Sequence record: PZ452594.1
From: a phage
Reading direction: 5' to 3' (one strand)
DNA: 64,000 bases
Position numbers and translations under genes: made by a program. The notes below the pieces were generated by a model. It saw nothing but the letters and a program-made list of their open reading frames with translations. It was not told the origin of the DNA and made no database searches. This document shows positions 18,328-27,066 of the stretch, one piece after another (the stretch's first letter is position 1; every line of letters begins with the position of its first letter).

Positions 18328-18930
18328 TTATAGATTAAATCCTTCAAAATCAAGAGTATAGATAGTGTATGTTGAATACTTTTTGTACTCATATCTATCT
18401 GCAATTTTAAATACACTTCCAGCTGGTATCATTACTTCTTGTTCATCTGAAACTAATTCCATATTACGATAACGATGGCTATCCGGAAACTTAAAGTTTG
18501 GATTGTATTCTTTACAGCGTAGAGCTTTTATAGCATACTCCTGGAAATTGAATACCATAGGAGCTTTGAATTCAAAAATAACCTGTGTGTTATACTCTAA
18601 ACCGGAAGCAAAATGTAGAGCTATATTTTTATCATATGAAGCTGATACGACTTTATCAAATGTAATAATATCAATTCCTTGATTTAACACCTGCTTAGTC
18701 TCAGCTGGAACACCTCTCCAAAGAGGTTTATCGTTTGGAACCAAACGAGATTTGATTATTTCATTTAACCAAGTATGGTCATCTGGTTTGTTGGTAATAC
18801 AATGAATTAAAAGTTCAATTTCAGATAAATTAAACCCTTCAGAAAGTAATTCTTCACGAATAGAAGCACGCACCGATGCATCCATTGATTTTATTTTAAA
18901 ATCTTTTAGTTGCATTACTGAGTATTTCAT
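18328..18930 (-). CDS. modA: ADP-ribosyltransferase ModA (200 aa)
   Basis: R-S-ExE ART signature (LWRG, VSASYD, EQEVMIP); 200 aa; position after srd. Confidence 0.8.
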   Translation of the reverse strand: MKYSVMQLKDFKIKSMDASVRASIREELLSEGFNLSEIELLIHCITNKPDDHTWLNEIIKSRLVPNDKPLWRGVPAETKQVLNQGIDIITFDKVVSASYDKNIALHFASGLEYNTQVIFEFKAPMVFNFQEYAIKALRCKEYNPNFKFPDSHRYRNMELVSDEQEVMIPAGSVFKIADRYEYKKYSTYTIYTLDFEGFNL

Positions 18931-19562
18931 TCAACTACCTCAATATCATAAACTTTAAATGTTCCAAATGAATCGTGTAATTTTTCTTTTGAAATAGAAG
19001 TTATTCTATACTTTCCAATTGGAATCATCCATTCTTGTTCATGTACAATCATCATTAAGTTATCAGTACGCTCTGAATCTAATCCATCAGTGTCTTCATA
19101 CGTGTACTTAAACTCAGTATTAGGAGAAGAAAGTATAATATCGCTGATATGGTCAGAGTAATTAAAAGCTTTATCAGTTTTTAAACGAAGTATTGTTTCA
19201 GTGAAATATTCAGCATAAGAAAAAGAACACGCTGTATGCAAACTAGTAGTAAATGAATCTACCCTGTTCGTTGAAAACACTTCTCCAACCTGTAAATCTT
19301 TAATAAGTTCTTTTGTCGATTTTGATATACCACGATATAATTGATAAGGTGATTTAGTTAAATGCTTTTTAATGATTTTATTCAATTGCCGATGAAGAGC
19401 TTCATTCTTTTTAGCTTCCATACATTGCCAAAGAACAGACTGCTCAAAGTCAGTAAATTTTTCACAGACTTTTTTATACATATCATATTGAAAATCAACG
19501 CTTTCAGCTTTTATAGATAACTGTTCAACATCTGCAAGATTAATAATCATGATAGCCTCCAT
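18927..19562 (-). CDS. modB: ADP-ribosyltransferase ModB (211 aa)
   Basis: R-S-ExE signature (LYRG, FSTN, EQEWMIP); ATGA overlap with modA. Confidence 0.8.
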   Translation of the reverse strand: MEAIMIINLADVEQLSIKAESVDFQYDMYKKVCEKFTDFEQSVLWQCMEAKKNEALHRQLNKIIKKHLTKSPYQLYRGISKSTKELIKDLQVGEVFSTNRVDSFTTSLHTACSFSYAEYFTETILRLKTDKAFNYSDHISDIILSSPNTEFKYTYEDTDGLDSERTDNLMMIVHEQEWMIPIGKYRITSISKEKLHDSFGTFKVYDIEVVE

Positions 19563-19576
19563 ATACTTCAGAAGCT

Positions 19577-19606
19577 ATCATATCATCGTTAGAAAGGAAA
19601 GTAAAC
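19577..19606 (-). promoter_or_regulatory. T4-type early promoter upstream of modB
   Basis: GTTTAC (rc 19601-19606), 18-nt spacer, -10 TATGAT (rc 19577-19582). Confidence 0.4.
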
Positions 19607-19617
19607 AACTTTTTGAA

Positions 19618-19800
19618 TTATTTTGCCCAGGGAGCCCAAGGCGGAGGGTCAAGATGGTATGAAGCTAGTTCTTCTAGAAGAGCATCTGGGGCTTCAATTC
19701 CATAATTCTGTAATACTATACGGTACTCTTTCTTATAATCGCTAGAATCATTCTGGATATTCGTAGAATGATTATCTTCTAACATCTCAAATAAATCCAT
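19618..19800 (-). CDS. hypothetical protein (60 aa)
   Basis: ORF track; C-terminal PPPWAPWAK. Confidence 0.45.
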   Translation of the reverse strand: MDLFEMLEDNHSTNIQNDSSDYKKEYRIVLQNYGIEAPDALLEELASYHLDPPPWAPWAK

Positions 19801-19808
19801 ATTAATTC

Positions 19809-20279
19809 CTAGCGATAAAAACCAAATTGACGATTAGCTTCAATAATCTTTCTTTCTTCTTCTGACATTCTCCAGCGTAGTCCAACGTCAAAATGAGCCC
19901 AGACCATCTTAACAAATGCATTTATATCTTTAATATCTTCAATAATGAATGTTTTACTTTTAGAAGGTTGACTCGCTAATTTAACTTTATCATCTTCAAA
20001 CAGGTCAAAAAGACCATATTCGTGAGCTCTTTTATAGCCTTTAATAGTTAAAGCTTCAGAAGAAGAAAATGGTGAATCTGTATTCTGCAAAATATCTTCA
20101 GTATGCTTTATAACTAGAATAACATTTTCTGGATATTTTCTTTCTTTTATATCTTTAATTAAAATATCCGGATTTTCTGCTAAAGGAATAATTAATGAGC
20201 ACTTTTTATCAAGTGTATTTACTGATTTACCTTCTTTAGACATAAATTCTATTGAATAATGTTTTGCTACTTCAATCAT
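19809..20279 (-). CDS. hypothetical protein (156 aa)
   Basis: ORF track; T4 mrh/srh neighbourhood. Confidence 0.5.
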   Translation of the reverse strand: MIEVAKHYSIEFMSKEGKSVNTLDKKCSLIIPLAENPDILIKDIKERKYPENVILVIKHTEDILQNTDSPFSSSEALTIKGYKRAHEYGLFDLFEDDKVKLASQPSKSKTFIIEDIKDINAFVKMVWAHFDVGLRWRMSEEERKIIEANRQFGFYR

Positions 20280-20432
20280 GTGATTTCCTCTTGCCTACTA
20301 ATGGGCCGTCAGGAATTTTGTTTTCCTGAATGTATTTCTCATTTTCTTCCATCATTTTAATGCCAATTTTAAGAAGCAAATCCATTGCTTCATTTGCTTT
20401 AGCTTTAGCCTCTTCTAACGTCATATCTCTGT

Positions 20433-20636
20433 TCATGATTTATCCCCATAGATGTCTCTCATCAATTTAAGCGCTGAGCGTTCTAATTTCTTTTCTTTCT
20501 CAACGCTAATCATTGATTTCATCCATTCTTCTGATTCGTTCTGCATTTCTTTATTTGCCTGTTCAACCCAACCATCATCAATGTACATTGAGTTTGGTCT
20601 ATTGAACCATTCAAACATTTTCTTCAGAACTTTCAT
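20433..20636 (-). CDS. hypothetical protein (67 aa)
   Basis: ORF track. Confidence 0.45.
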   Translation of the reverse strand: MKVLKKMFEWFNRPNSMYIDDGWVEQANKEMQNESEEWMKSMISVEKEKKLERSALKLMRDIYGDKS

Positions 20637-21108
20637 TTGTTTTACCTAAAACGATAGTATGGACACCGTCAAATTCATGAATTTTTAGCAAATTAGGATT
20701 TAAATTATTCCATAAAGAGGTAATAAAATATGATAGCGCACTTTCGTCCGTAATTATAAATTTATTTCCTTTATCTATTTTCCAATCATATATTGAATCG
20801 TATGAATAGAAGGATAACGGTTTATTATTATAGTATGCTTCAGCAACATCAATATAGTTAGATTTAGTAAATGCTTGAATTGCCATAAATGGAGAATTTT
20901 GTACAGTTTCAATAATTCCGATCTTTTTAAGTTTTATTTCAACATCTTCTGGAACTGGCATTGAAATAAAATCTTCTACTAGATACATGTCATTGTCATA
21001 TCTTTTATCAATCATTACTGCTACTGTAATTGGAACATCCTTGACAAACGCCATACTAATACTATTGATAGACATTTCAAACAAAATCGCTTCCATAATT
21101 TTCCTCAA
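20611..21108 (-). CDS. hypothetical protein (165 aa), Mrh-sized
   Basis: ORF track; size near T4 Mrh, not verified. Confidence 0.5.
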   Translation of the reverse strand: MRKIMEAILFEMSINSISMAFVKDVPITVAVMIDKRYDNDMYLVEDFISMPVPEDVEIKLKKIGIIETVQNSPFMAIQAFTKSNYIDVAEAYYNNKPLSFYSYDSIYDWKIDKGNKFIITDESALSYFITSLWNNLNPNLLKIHEFDGVHTIVLGKTNESSEENV

Positions 21109-21446
21109 TCACAAGATGTAGATGAACAACTAGAATCACAAGAACTTCCACATGAATCGCCCGTCCATACATGAACAGGAACATTAGTATCATATGAATC
21201 AGAACTAGACTGTGTATTCTGTGCATTAGATGATGTAGTAGGTACTGACCAGCGCCAAGGATTTTTATAATATTCTTGGGCTTCTTCATAAGTCATAGTA
21301 ACTGCTTCTACTGTTCCATCTCCCATATAAACATATTCAACTACAGTTAAAGGAATGTAGTCATTTGAAATAGGAACTACACCTTCTCCGGGAGTTGTAG
21401 AGAAAAAATCCGTAAAGAAACTTTTAAACCAATTAAAGATAAACAT
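21105..21446 (-). CDS. hypothetical protein (113 aa) with Cys/Ser-rich C-terminal tail
   Basis: ORF track; tail ...[18 protein letters not shown]. Confidence 0.5.
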   Translation of the reverse strand: MFIFNWFKSFFTDFFSTTPGEGVVPISNDYIPLTVVEYVYMGDGTVEAVTMTYEEAQEYYKNPWRWSVPTTSSNAQNTQSSSDSYDTNVPVHVWTGDSCGSSCDSSCSSTSCD

Positions 21447-21652
21447 TACAAAAAGCCTCTTTTGAATTCGACTTGCTTTTCGCCATAATCATATCGAATC
21501 TCTGCATTAAATTCGACAGAACCATCTGCATACATCATAAATGAATGCACAACAACTTCTGTAGACCATGGTTGTAGTTCATATTTCTTCATTACATGTC
21601 GTGAAATGATAATATCTAAATCTTCATTCGGTTTAATCCAACGATTTAACAT
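21446..21652 (-). CDS. hypothetical protein (68 aa)
   Basis: ORF track; upstream of soc. Confidence 0.45.
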   Translation of the reverse strand: MLNRWIKPNEDLDIIISRHVMKKYELQPWSTEVVVHSFMMYADGSVEFNAEIRYDYGEKQVEFKRGFL

Positions 21653-21710
21653 AGCGCTCTCCTCTATAAGATAATTTTATTATACCATACTCATTTTGGA
21701 AAGTAAACCA

Positions 21711-21744
21711 TTTAAATGAAAAAAGGACTCCCGAAGGAGTCCTT
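21711..21744 (-). terminator. intrinsic terminator after soc
   Basis: Hairpin aaggactcc-cgaa-ggagtcctt (21723-21744; UUCG loop in RNA) followed by U-run (plus A-run 21717-21722). Confidence 0.6.
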
Positions 21745-21748
21745 GAAT

Positions 21749-21994
21749 TTATTCACCAGTTACTTTCCACAAATCTTCATTTGCAGCAATCCATTCAGTA
21801 CGTTGATTTTCTTCATATACTGTAGAATATGCTGCTTTTTCTGAAGGGAATGTCTGGTAATGTGCACCAGAAATTTTGTGAACGTCAGAATAAAGAGGGA
21901 AAGCTACGGAAATTTCCTTTCCTTCAATTTTCTTATTTCCATCTAATTTCTGCTCAAATGTTTTGATATTAACATAACCGCGAGTACTAGCCAT
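21749..21994 (-). CDS. soc: small outer capsid protein Soc (81 aa)
   Basis: MASTRGYVNIKTFEQKLDGNKKIEGKEISVAFPLYSDVHK... recognised as T4 Soc. Confidence 0.92.
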   Translation of the reverse strand: MASTRGYVNIKTFEQKLDGNKKIEGKEISVAFPLYSDVHKISGAHYQTFPSEKAAYSTVYEENQRTEWIAANEDLWKVTGE

Positions 21995-22024
21995 GTAATT
22001 CTCCTTTTATTTAAATTACATGAT

Positions 22025-22032
22025 TATTTATA
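22025..22032 (-). promoter_or_regulatory. late promoter (TATAAATA) for soc
   Basis: Minus sense TATAAATA (rc of tatttata 22025-22032) ~30 nt upstream of soc ATG; soc is a late gene in T4. Confidence 0.5.
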
Positions 22033-22077
22033 ATAAATTCTCGCGGCTTTTAAGTCGTCGTTTATTTAAACGAGCTA

Positions 22078-22596
22078 TTAATAGCCTCGGTCTTGACGAG
22101 CGAAATTTTCAGCATTTTTCAGATAATAAAGTTTAAATATTTCTTCAGCTGACATTCCAAGAGCAATAAATTTATTCATGAAAAAGTGAAATTGGTCAAT
22201 CAGTTCAAATTTAATTTCAAGCTGATCTTCAGGAGATAAGTCTTGAATTTTCTTGGATTGCATTTCAGAATAACGTTTCTTCCAAGGTTTCCATACGGCA
22301 GAAGCTTCTTTTTCACCATTACTCATACCACCAAGAGAAGTATATAGCTCGCGAGTTTCATCTGCGATATAATCGTCTTGGTTTCGCAACCAAGCAAGAA
22401 CTTCTCCTGCAGTTTCAAGTGAATCAGGATGACGATTTGTTTCTGGTTTATCATTAGCCAAACGAATCTGTAAATGCCGCTGCATATCAAGCATAACCTG
22501 CAGTGGGTCAATATTGTGCATAATATTCTCAGCATATGCACGATTTGCTTTATCAACACCTTCGATCAAATGAGCGCATTCATTAAAGTAAGCCAT
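22078..22596 (-). CDS. 56: dCTPase/dUTPase gp56 (~172 aa)
   Basis: MAYFNECAHLIEGVDKA... recognised as T4 gp56; track ORF 22078-22689 is an upstream non-ATG extension. Confidence 0.88.
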   Translation of the reverse strand: MAYFNECAHLIEGVDKANRAYAENIMHNIDPLQVMLDMQRHLQIRLANDKPETNRHPDSLETAGEVLAWLRNQDDYIADETRELYTSLGGMSNGEKEASAVWKPWKKRYSEMQSKKIQDLSPEDQLEIKFELIDQFHFFMNKFIALGMSAEEIFKLYYLKNAENFARQDRGY

Positions 22597-22667
22597 TATT
22601 TTTCCTTTCAATTCATGGGTTAGTAGATTAATTATACAATAAATATATAAAGCAATAAGGAGGACAT

Positions 22668-22868
22668 ATGGTACAAAAATTAATGGCACTTGTTAATGCC
22701 ATAAAAGGTAATAAAAAACGTATAGCTTTTACTATTTCTGCTATGGTAGGAATTTTACTCTGGAACTTTATTCTATCACCTGTTGCAATTGCACATGGTA
22801 TTAATATTCCAGTAGTTACTCTTGATACATTTGTAGATTTAGCATTTGCTTTAGTTGGGTTGATTTAA
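22668..22868 (+). CDS. small hydrophobic protein (66 aa) on the opposite strand
   Basis: ATG 22668 preceded by AAGGAGG (22657-22663); two hydrophobic segments; convergent with gene 61 and ends 3 nt into it. Confidence 0.5.
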   Translation: MVQKLMALVNAIKGNKKRIAFTISAMVGILLWNFILSPVAIAHGINIPVVTLDTFVDLAFALVGLI

Positions 22869-23893
22869 ATCTTAGCATATTTAGATAGCCGCATTTTAGC
22901 CATCAACCCCTGGGCAATATTATTTTTCATATATTCCATAATTTGTTCAGGGGTTGCACCTTCCTTTCTAATCATATCATTAACATCTTTTGATTTCCAG
23001 GGAGATTTATCCCAAAACATAACCCTTTCTCCTGCATCAACTAATTTAGTCATTCGCTTAATAGTGTCAGGATGACGAGGTTCATTATCTAAAACCCACA
23101 CTCGTCTATCTTTAAATGGAACAACTTCTAGGTCTAATTGACCACCCGTAATAGCTATACCATTTTCAATAAAAAGTGAATCTATAGGTCCTTCTAGAAC
23201 ATATACATCACCATCTTTAACTCGTTCGACTCCATAGATTTTTGTTGCTTCAGGATAAGCTTTGATGGTGATATATTTTTGGGGAGCATCTTTCTTTAAT
23301 GCACGTCCTTGAAAAGACTCAGCTTTTCCATTAGCATTATAAATTGGAATAACAAGACGAGGCTCAGGTATTTCCTTTTTATATGTTCCCGGTGCTATGC
23401 TATTAACTAATTTAGGCCATTCAGTTGTAAACCAAAGATATTTCCATTTATCCTTTGGAATACAACGAGCTTTTATATATTTTATAATTGCATGGTCTTC
23501 CGCCAGTTTATCTAATCTAACACATGACGGAAGAGATTTAATTATTTTCTTCTCAGGTTGTTTAGGAAGTTCTTTAGGTTTTTCTACTGGACGACTTTTA
23601 CCTTTTTCTTTTCTTATTTCAAAGATATACTCACGATATAAATCGGGTTCAAACTCCTTTAAATATATTCCGATTGGCGCATGATAGTTGCAGTTATAAC
23701 AATGAATATTTCCTTCATTATTATCACCATAATACCATCCACGGGCTTTATTTTGATCGGTTTTTGAATCTCCACAAACAGGACATCTAAACCGTAATTT
23801 AAAAGTTGAACTATTATTTACTTGCGCGAATTTAGGTAAATGAGCCAATGCACGGTATGCAAACTCATTATCAATCCAAGGTATTGATGACAT
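22865..23893 (-). CDS. 61: DNA primase gp61 (342 aa)
   Basis: Zinc-binding CPVCGDSK...CYNC; MSSIPWIDNEFAYRALAHLPKF... recognised as T4 gp61; 342 aa. Confidence 0.92.
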   Translation of the reverse strand: MSSIPWIDNEFAYRALAHLPKFAQVNNSSTFKLRFRCPVCGDSKTDQNKARGWYYGDNNEGNIHCYNCNYHAPIGIYLKEFEPDLYREYIFEIRKEKGKSRPVEKPKELPKQPEKKIIKSLPSCVRLDKLAEDHAIIKYIKARCIPKDKWKYLWFTTEWPKLVNSIAPGTYKKEIPEPRLVIPIYNANGKAESFQGRALKKDAPQKYITIKAYPEATKIYGVERVKDGDVYVLEGPIDSLFIENGIAITGGQLDLEVVPFKDRRVWVLDNEPRHPDTIKRMTKLVDAGERVMFWDKSPWKSKDVNDMIRKEGATPEQIMEYMKNNIAQGLMAKMRLSKYAKI

Positions 23894-23894
23894 T

Positions 23895-24060
23895 TTTACT
23901 CTTCTTTTTCTTTAGATTCCTCTTTTTTCTTTTTAGGAATCTGTTCAGGGCCTTTATTTACTACAGCACCTGATGTTGTTCCAGTAGAGATATTTTCAGG
24001 ATTACCACCTGAATCTCCAGCAACCATATCTTCTTTGATAAATTCTTTATATGTTTTCAT
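23895..24060 (-). CDS. small hydrophilic protein (~54 aa)
   Basis: Hand-translated MKTYKEFIKEDMVAGDSGGNPENISTGTTSGAVVNKGPEQIPKKKKEESKEKEE; below track cutoff. Confidence 0.35.
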
Positions 24061-24061
24061 A

Positions 24062-24418
24062 TTAACCTCTATTCATAAAAGCATTAAAAATTTGGTCATC
24101 AATCGATGGAATAGCAACCTTTTCGGCATCATTTAGCAAATCATTAATTTCATCAGATAGCATAACGCATGTACCTTTATTTCCTGTAATTGTTACTGCG
24201 CAATTACGAACGTTTTCTTTATCAAATTTTAGGTTAATATTTTCGTAGTGAAAATCCTTTAATGCCGAATATATTTTTAAAATGAAATTGTCTTTTACTA
24301 CAATAAACCCAACCTCACTATTAAAACGTGGTTCATGGAAACTGTAATAAACCTTTTCATCTATAAAATCGTATGAAATTTTTTCCATTTTTAAATATGA
24401 AAATTCAGAACTATACAT
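24062..24418 (-). CDS. hypothetical protein (118 aa)
   Basis: ORF track; within the 61-41 interval (T4 61.1-61.4 region). Confidence 0.5.
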   Translation of the reverse strand: MYSSEFSYLKMEKISYDFIDEKVYYSFHEPRFNSEVGFIVVKDNFILKIYSALKDFHYENINLKFDKENVRNCAVTITGNKGTCVMLSDEINDLLNDAEKVAIPSIDDQIFNAFMNRG

Positions 24419-24430
24419 ACTAACCTCTAA

Positions 24431-24724
24431 TTACTCACCTACCACTTCAGCGATGATATTTTTATTATTAAAGTTTTTATCACAATACAGAACGTAATTG
24501 TATTGCATTACACCACCAGACTTAAGCTGTTTTTGCACTTCAGCTTTCATTTCAGGGCGATCGCGCTCAACGATATTCATAATATCTGCTTCAATTTGAG
24601 TTTCAACCTCAGTCTGATCAGCAGTCATAGACCACTCACACAAATCTTTATCATAACCTGCCATAGCAGGCTGAGCAGCACAAGAAGCTAAAGCAAAAAT
24701 TGTAGCAAAGATAAATTTTTTCAT
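24431..24724 (-). CDS. sp: periplasmic/lipoprotein Spackle-like superinfection-exclusion protein (97 aa)
   Basis: Signal peptide MKKFIFATIFALASCAAQPAMAG; 97 aa; position in the 61-41 interval as for T4 sp (61.3), recalled from memory. Confidence 0.6.
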   Translation of the reverse strand: MKKFIFATIFALASCAAQPAMAGYDKDLCEWSMTADQTEVETQIEADIMNIVERDRPEMKAEVQKQLKSGGVMQYNYVLYCDKNFNNKNIIAEVVGE

Positions 24725-24784
24725 GATAATCTCCTCAGCAGTTTATGTTTATATAGTATCTCAATTTCCAACAAAAGTAAATAG

Positions 24785-25084
24785 TTATTTTAAAACTTCT
24801 GCGTAATCACATGTTACAAACTGTTTCTCTAGCTTGACGATTTTACGAAAGTATCTTTTACATTGACGAATCTGTCGCTTAGTAGGGCGCACAGCAAACT
24901 TAATAAATTCCACTCGACCAAATGGAGGGCTTTCTTCTGATGGAATATCTAACACCAATTCCCACGTATCTGCAATAAGTGCTTTGAATTGAGTATTTTT
25001 CCTAACGTTATACGGAGTAGGTTTAAATAAAACAATATGCATATTATCCTCGGCAATCCACTTCACATACTTTCTTGTCATCAA
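24785..25084 (-). CDS. hypothetical protein (99 aa)
   Basis: ORF track; 61.4-like position. Confidence 0.5.
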   Translation of the reverse strand: MMTRKYVKWIAEDNMHIVLFKPTPYNVRKNTQFKALIADTWELVLDIPSEESPPFGRVEFIKFAVRPTKRQIRQCKRYFRKIVKLEKQFVTCDYAEVLK

Positions 25085-25226
25085 TGAAAGCTTTAACTAA
25101 TGCTTTATTAACTTCAGCATACTGAGTAGTAGCCCATTGAACGTCATCTTTCATCATTGTGGTTTCTTTAGTAAACATGCTTTCATTCTTAAACCACCCC
25201 ATAAAAACTACCTTTACCAATTCCAT
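25044..25226 (-). CDS. dmd: Dmd-like protein (60 aa)
   Basis: 60 aa, immediately downstream of gene 41 as for T4 61.5/dmd; MELVKVVFMGWFKNESMF... Confidence 0.6.
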   Translation of the reverse strand: MELVKVVFMGWFKNESMFTKETTMMKDDVQWATTQYAEVNKALVKAFIDDKKVCEVDCRG

Positions 25227-25255
25227 AACAATCTCCTCATTTAACCAACAAGACT

Positions 25256-25285
25256 ACTATACCATAGTCTCGTCAGCTTGTAAAC
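25256..25285 (-). promoter_or_regulatory. T4-type early promoter upstream of dmd
   Basis: GTTTAC (rc 25280-25285), 18-nt spacer, TATAGT (rc 25256-25261); overlaps gene 41 stop. Confidence 0.45.
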
Positions 25286-26712
25286 TAAAATTTTAATTCA
25301 TTTGCCAAAGCATCTAACTGAGCTCGAGTAGATTCATTTCTTTGATAGCGATTCTGTTCAGCCTGAATCTGTTGTGAACCTGCTACTTCACTCACTTCAG
25401 TTGGAGTAGAATCTTGTTCAATTTCTACCCATTTCTGATTTCCCTTTTGAACACCCATCAAAAACTTATTCCATTTATTCTTATCACCATATCGTGATTT
25501 GATTTGCTTAATTAGTTGTTGTTCAGCAGCTGCTAACTCCTCGGTTTCAATGACCGCAAGCATAAAATCGGCTGTTGCTGGAAGACCGGCAGATTCTGCA
25601 ATATCGCTCATGTTAACATCAGAAGAATCCCAAGCTTGCTTACCAACTTGTGCTGCGGTCCAAAGAACAGTTTCGGTTTCAACAGCCAGAGCACGCAATT
25701 CCTCTGCGATAGCTTTAACAGTTGTGTAACTATTTTCTGAATAAACTCTGATGCGACAAGATTTACAAATACCCAGATAGTCAACAATAATGATTGTTGG
25801 AACAAAATTCTTCTTGAGCTTTAATTCATTTAAAAGCGACCGAAATGTATTAGCGTCTGCTCCACCAGTAGGATACTGTTTAACGATTAAACGTCCAAGA
25901 GTAGATTTCTCACGCCATTTTTCCATTTTTCCTTTATATTCAGCGTAAGAAATATGCCCATCATCAATGTCATCAAGAGAAACATCAAGCATGTTAGCGT
26001 CAATACGTTTAGCACAGACTTCTTCTGCCATTTCCATTGAAATGTAAAGAACATTATGACCGAGCTGTAAATAATCTGCTGCCAATGAACACAGACCTAA
26101 TGACTTACCAACGTTAACACCAGCCATTAAAACGTTCAGTGTTCCAGTCTCAGCTCCGCCTTTAGTAATTTTATTTAGAATTTTGAGTTTAAATGGAACC
26201 TTACGAGCTTTATTCATATAAGATAGCCAACGTGCTTCGTAGTCATCCATCCAATCATGACCAACGTAGCTATCAAATGAAATTGATAATGCTTGGCGCA
26301 TGATGTCAGGAATAGCACCTACATCTGGCATTTTCTTATTTCGTTTTTCCGGAGGAAGCTCAGCATTAGTTTGAATTTCAATTATTTTAGATGTGGCGTT
26401 AAACATCGCCCTTTGCTGAACATATTTTTCTGTTTCTTTTACTAACCAGCTATGGTCTTCTGGAGAATCAGCTAGTTTTGAAATAAGTGTTTTTACACCA
26501 GAATATTCTGTTTCAGTAAATGAACTATTTTCTAATGCAACATTTAACGCATTAATAGATGGAACGCTATGGTACTCATTAACATGAGATTTAATTAATT
26601 TGAATGTATTTTTAGCTGGACCACTTTCAAAATATTCTGAATCCATATATGGCCAAACTTTTGAAAAATAAGCTTGATCAAATATAAGATGAGAAAGAAT
26701 AATTTCTACCAC
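25285..26712 (-). CDS. 41: replicative DNA helicase gp41 (475 aa)
   Basis: Walker A GVNVGKS; recognised as T4 gp41; 475 aa; GTG start in this window. Confidence 0.93.
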   Translation of the reverse strand: MVEIILSHLIFDQAYFSKVWPYMDSEYFESGPAKNTFKLIKSHVNEYHSVPSINALNVALENSSFTETEYSGVKTLISKLADSPEDHSWLVKETEKYVQQRAMFNATSKIIEIQTNAELPPEKRNKKMPDVGAIPDIMRQALSISFDSYVGHDWMDDYEARWLSYMNKARKVPFKLKILNKITKGGAETGTLNVLMAGVNVGKSLGLCSLAADYLQLGHNVLYISMEMAEEVCAKRIDANMLDVSLDDIDDGHISYAEYKGKMEKWREKSTLGRLIVKQYPTGGADANTFRSLLNELKLKKNFVPTIIIVDYLGICKSCRIRVYSENSYTTVKAIAEELRALAVETETVLWTAAQVGKQAWDSSDVNMSDIAESAGLPATADFMLAVIETEELAAAEQQLIKQIKSRYGDKNKWNKFLMGVQKGNQKWVEIEQDSTPTEVSEVAGSQQIQAEQNRYQRNESTRAQLDALANELKF

Positions 26713-26721
26713 ACTTACTCC

Positions 26722-27066
26722 TTAAAAGAATTTAAATTTTTTCTTTGACCTTTTATTAAATGCATCTTGTAGTTGCATTGTAATACATTTTTCTACATGA
26801 GGAGCTAACTCAGCTTTTCTTTCTTGGTCAAGAACAGCAAAGTCCATTACAACCTTTCCATTAACCCAATCTAATTTTGTCACATACACAATGTGTGTAG
26901 AACCATCTTCTAGTTTAATGACAATCTCCTGGATAACATTTTCCATGGCAGATTTAATTATCTTAAGAGATTCATTAAAAAGACGTTCTTTTCTTTCTTC
27001 TTCCCCCTCCGAAGAGGGGGATTCATCGATAATTTCTAGATCTAAATCTAAATCATCTTTATTCAT
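26722..27066 (-). CDS. 40: gp40-like protein (~114 aa)
   Basis: Position between uvsX and 41; start moved to ATG (MNKDDLDLDLEII...); track ORF begins at GTG. Confidence 0.6.
   Translation of the reverse strand: MNKDDLDLDLEIIDESPSSEGEEERKERLFNESLKIIKSAMENVIQEIVIKLEDGSTHIVYVTKLDWVNGKVVMDFAVLDQERKAELAPHVEKCITMQLQDAFNKRSKKKFKFF

Noticed and set aside
22078-22689. 203-aa version of gene 56 with a hydrophobic N-terminal extension (MPLIFVPYVLL...)
   Set aside because: The extension runs through the intergenic promoter region; the T4-like N-terminus MAYFNECAHL begins at the internal ATG with its own SD.
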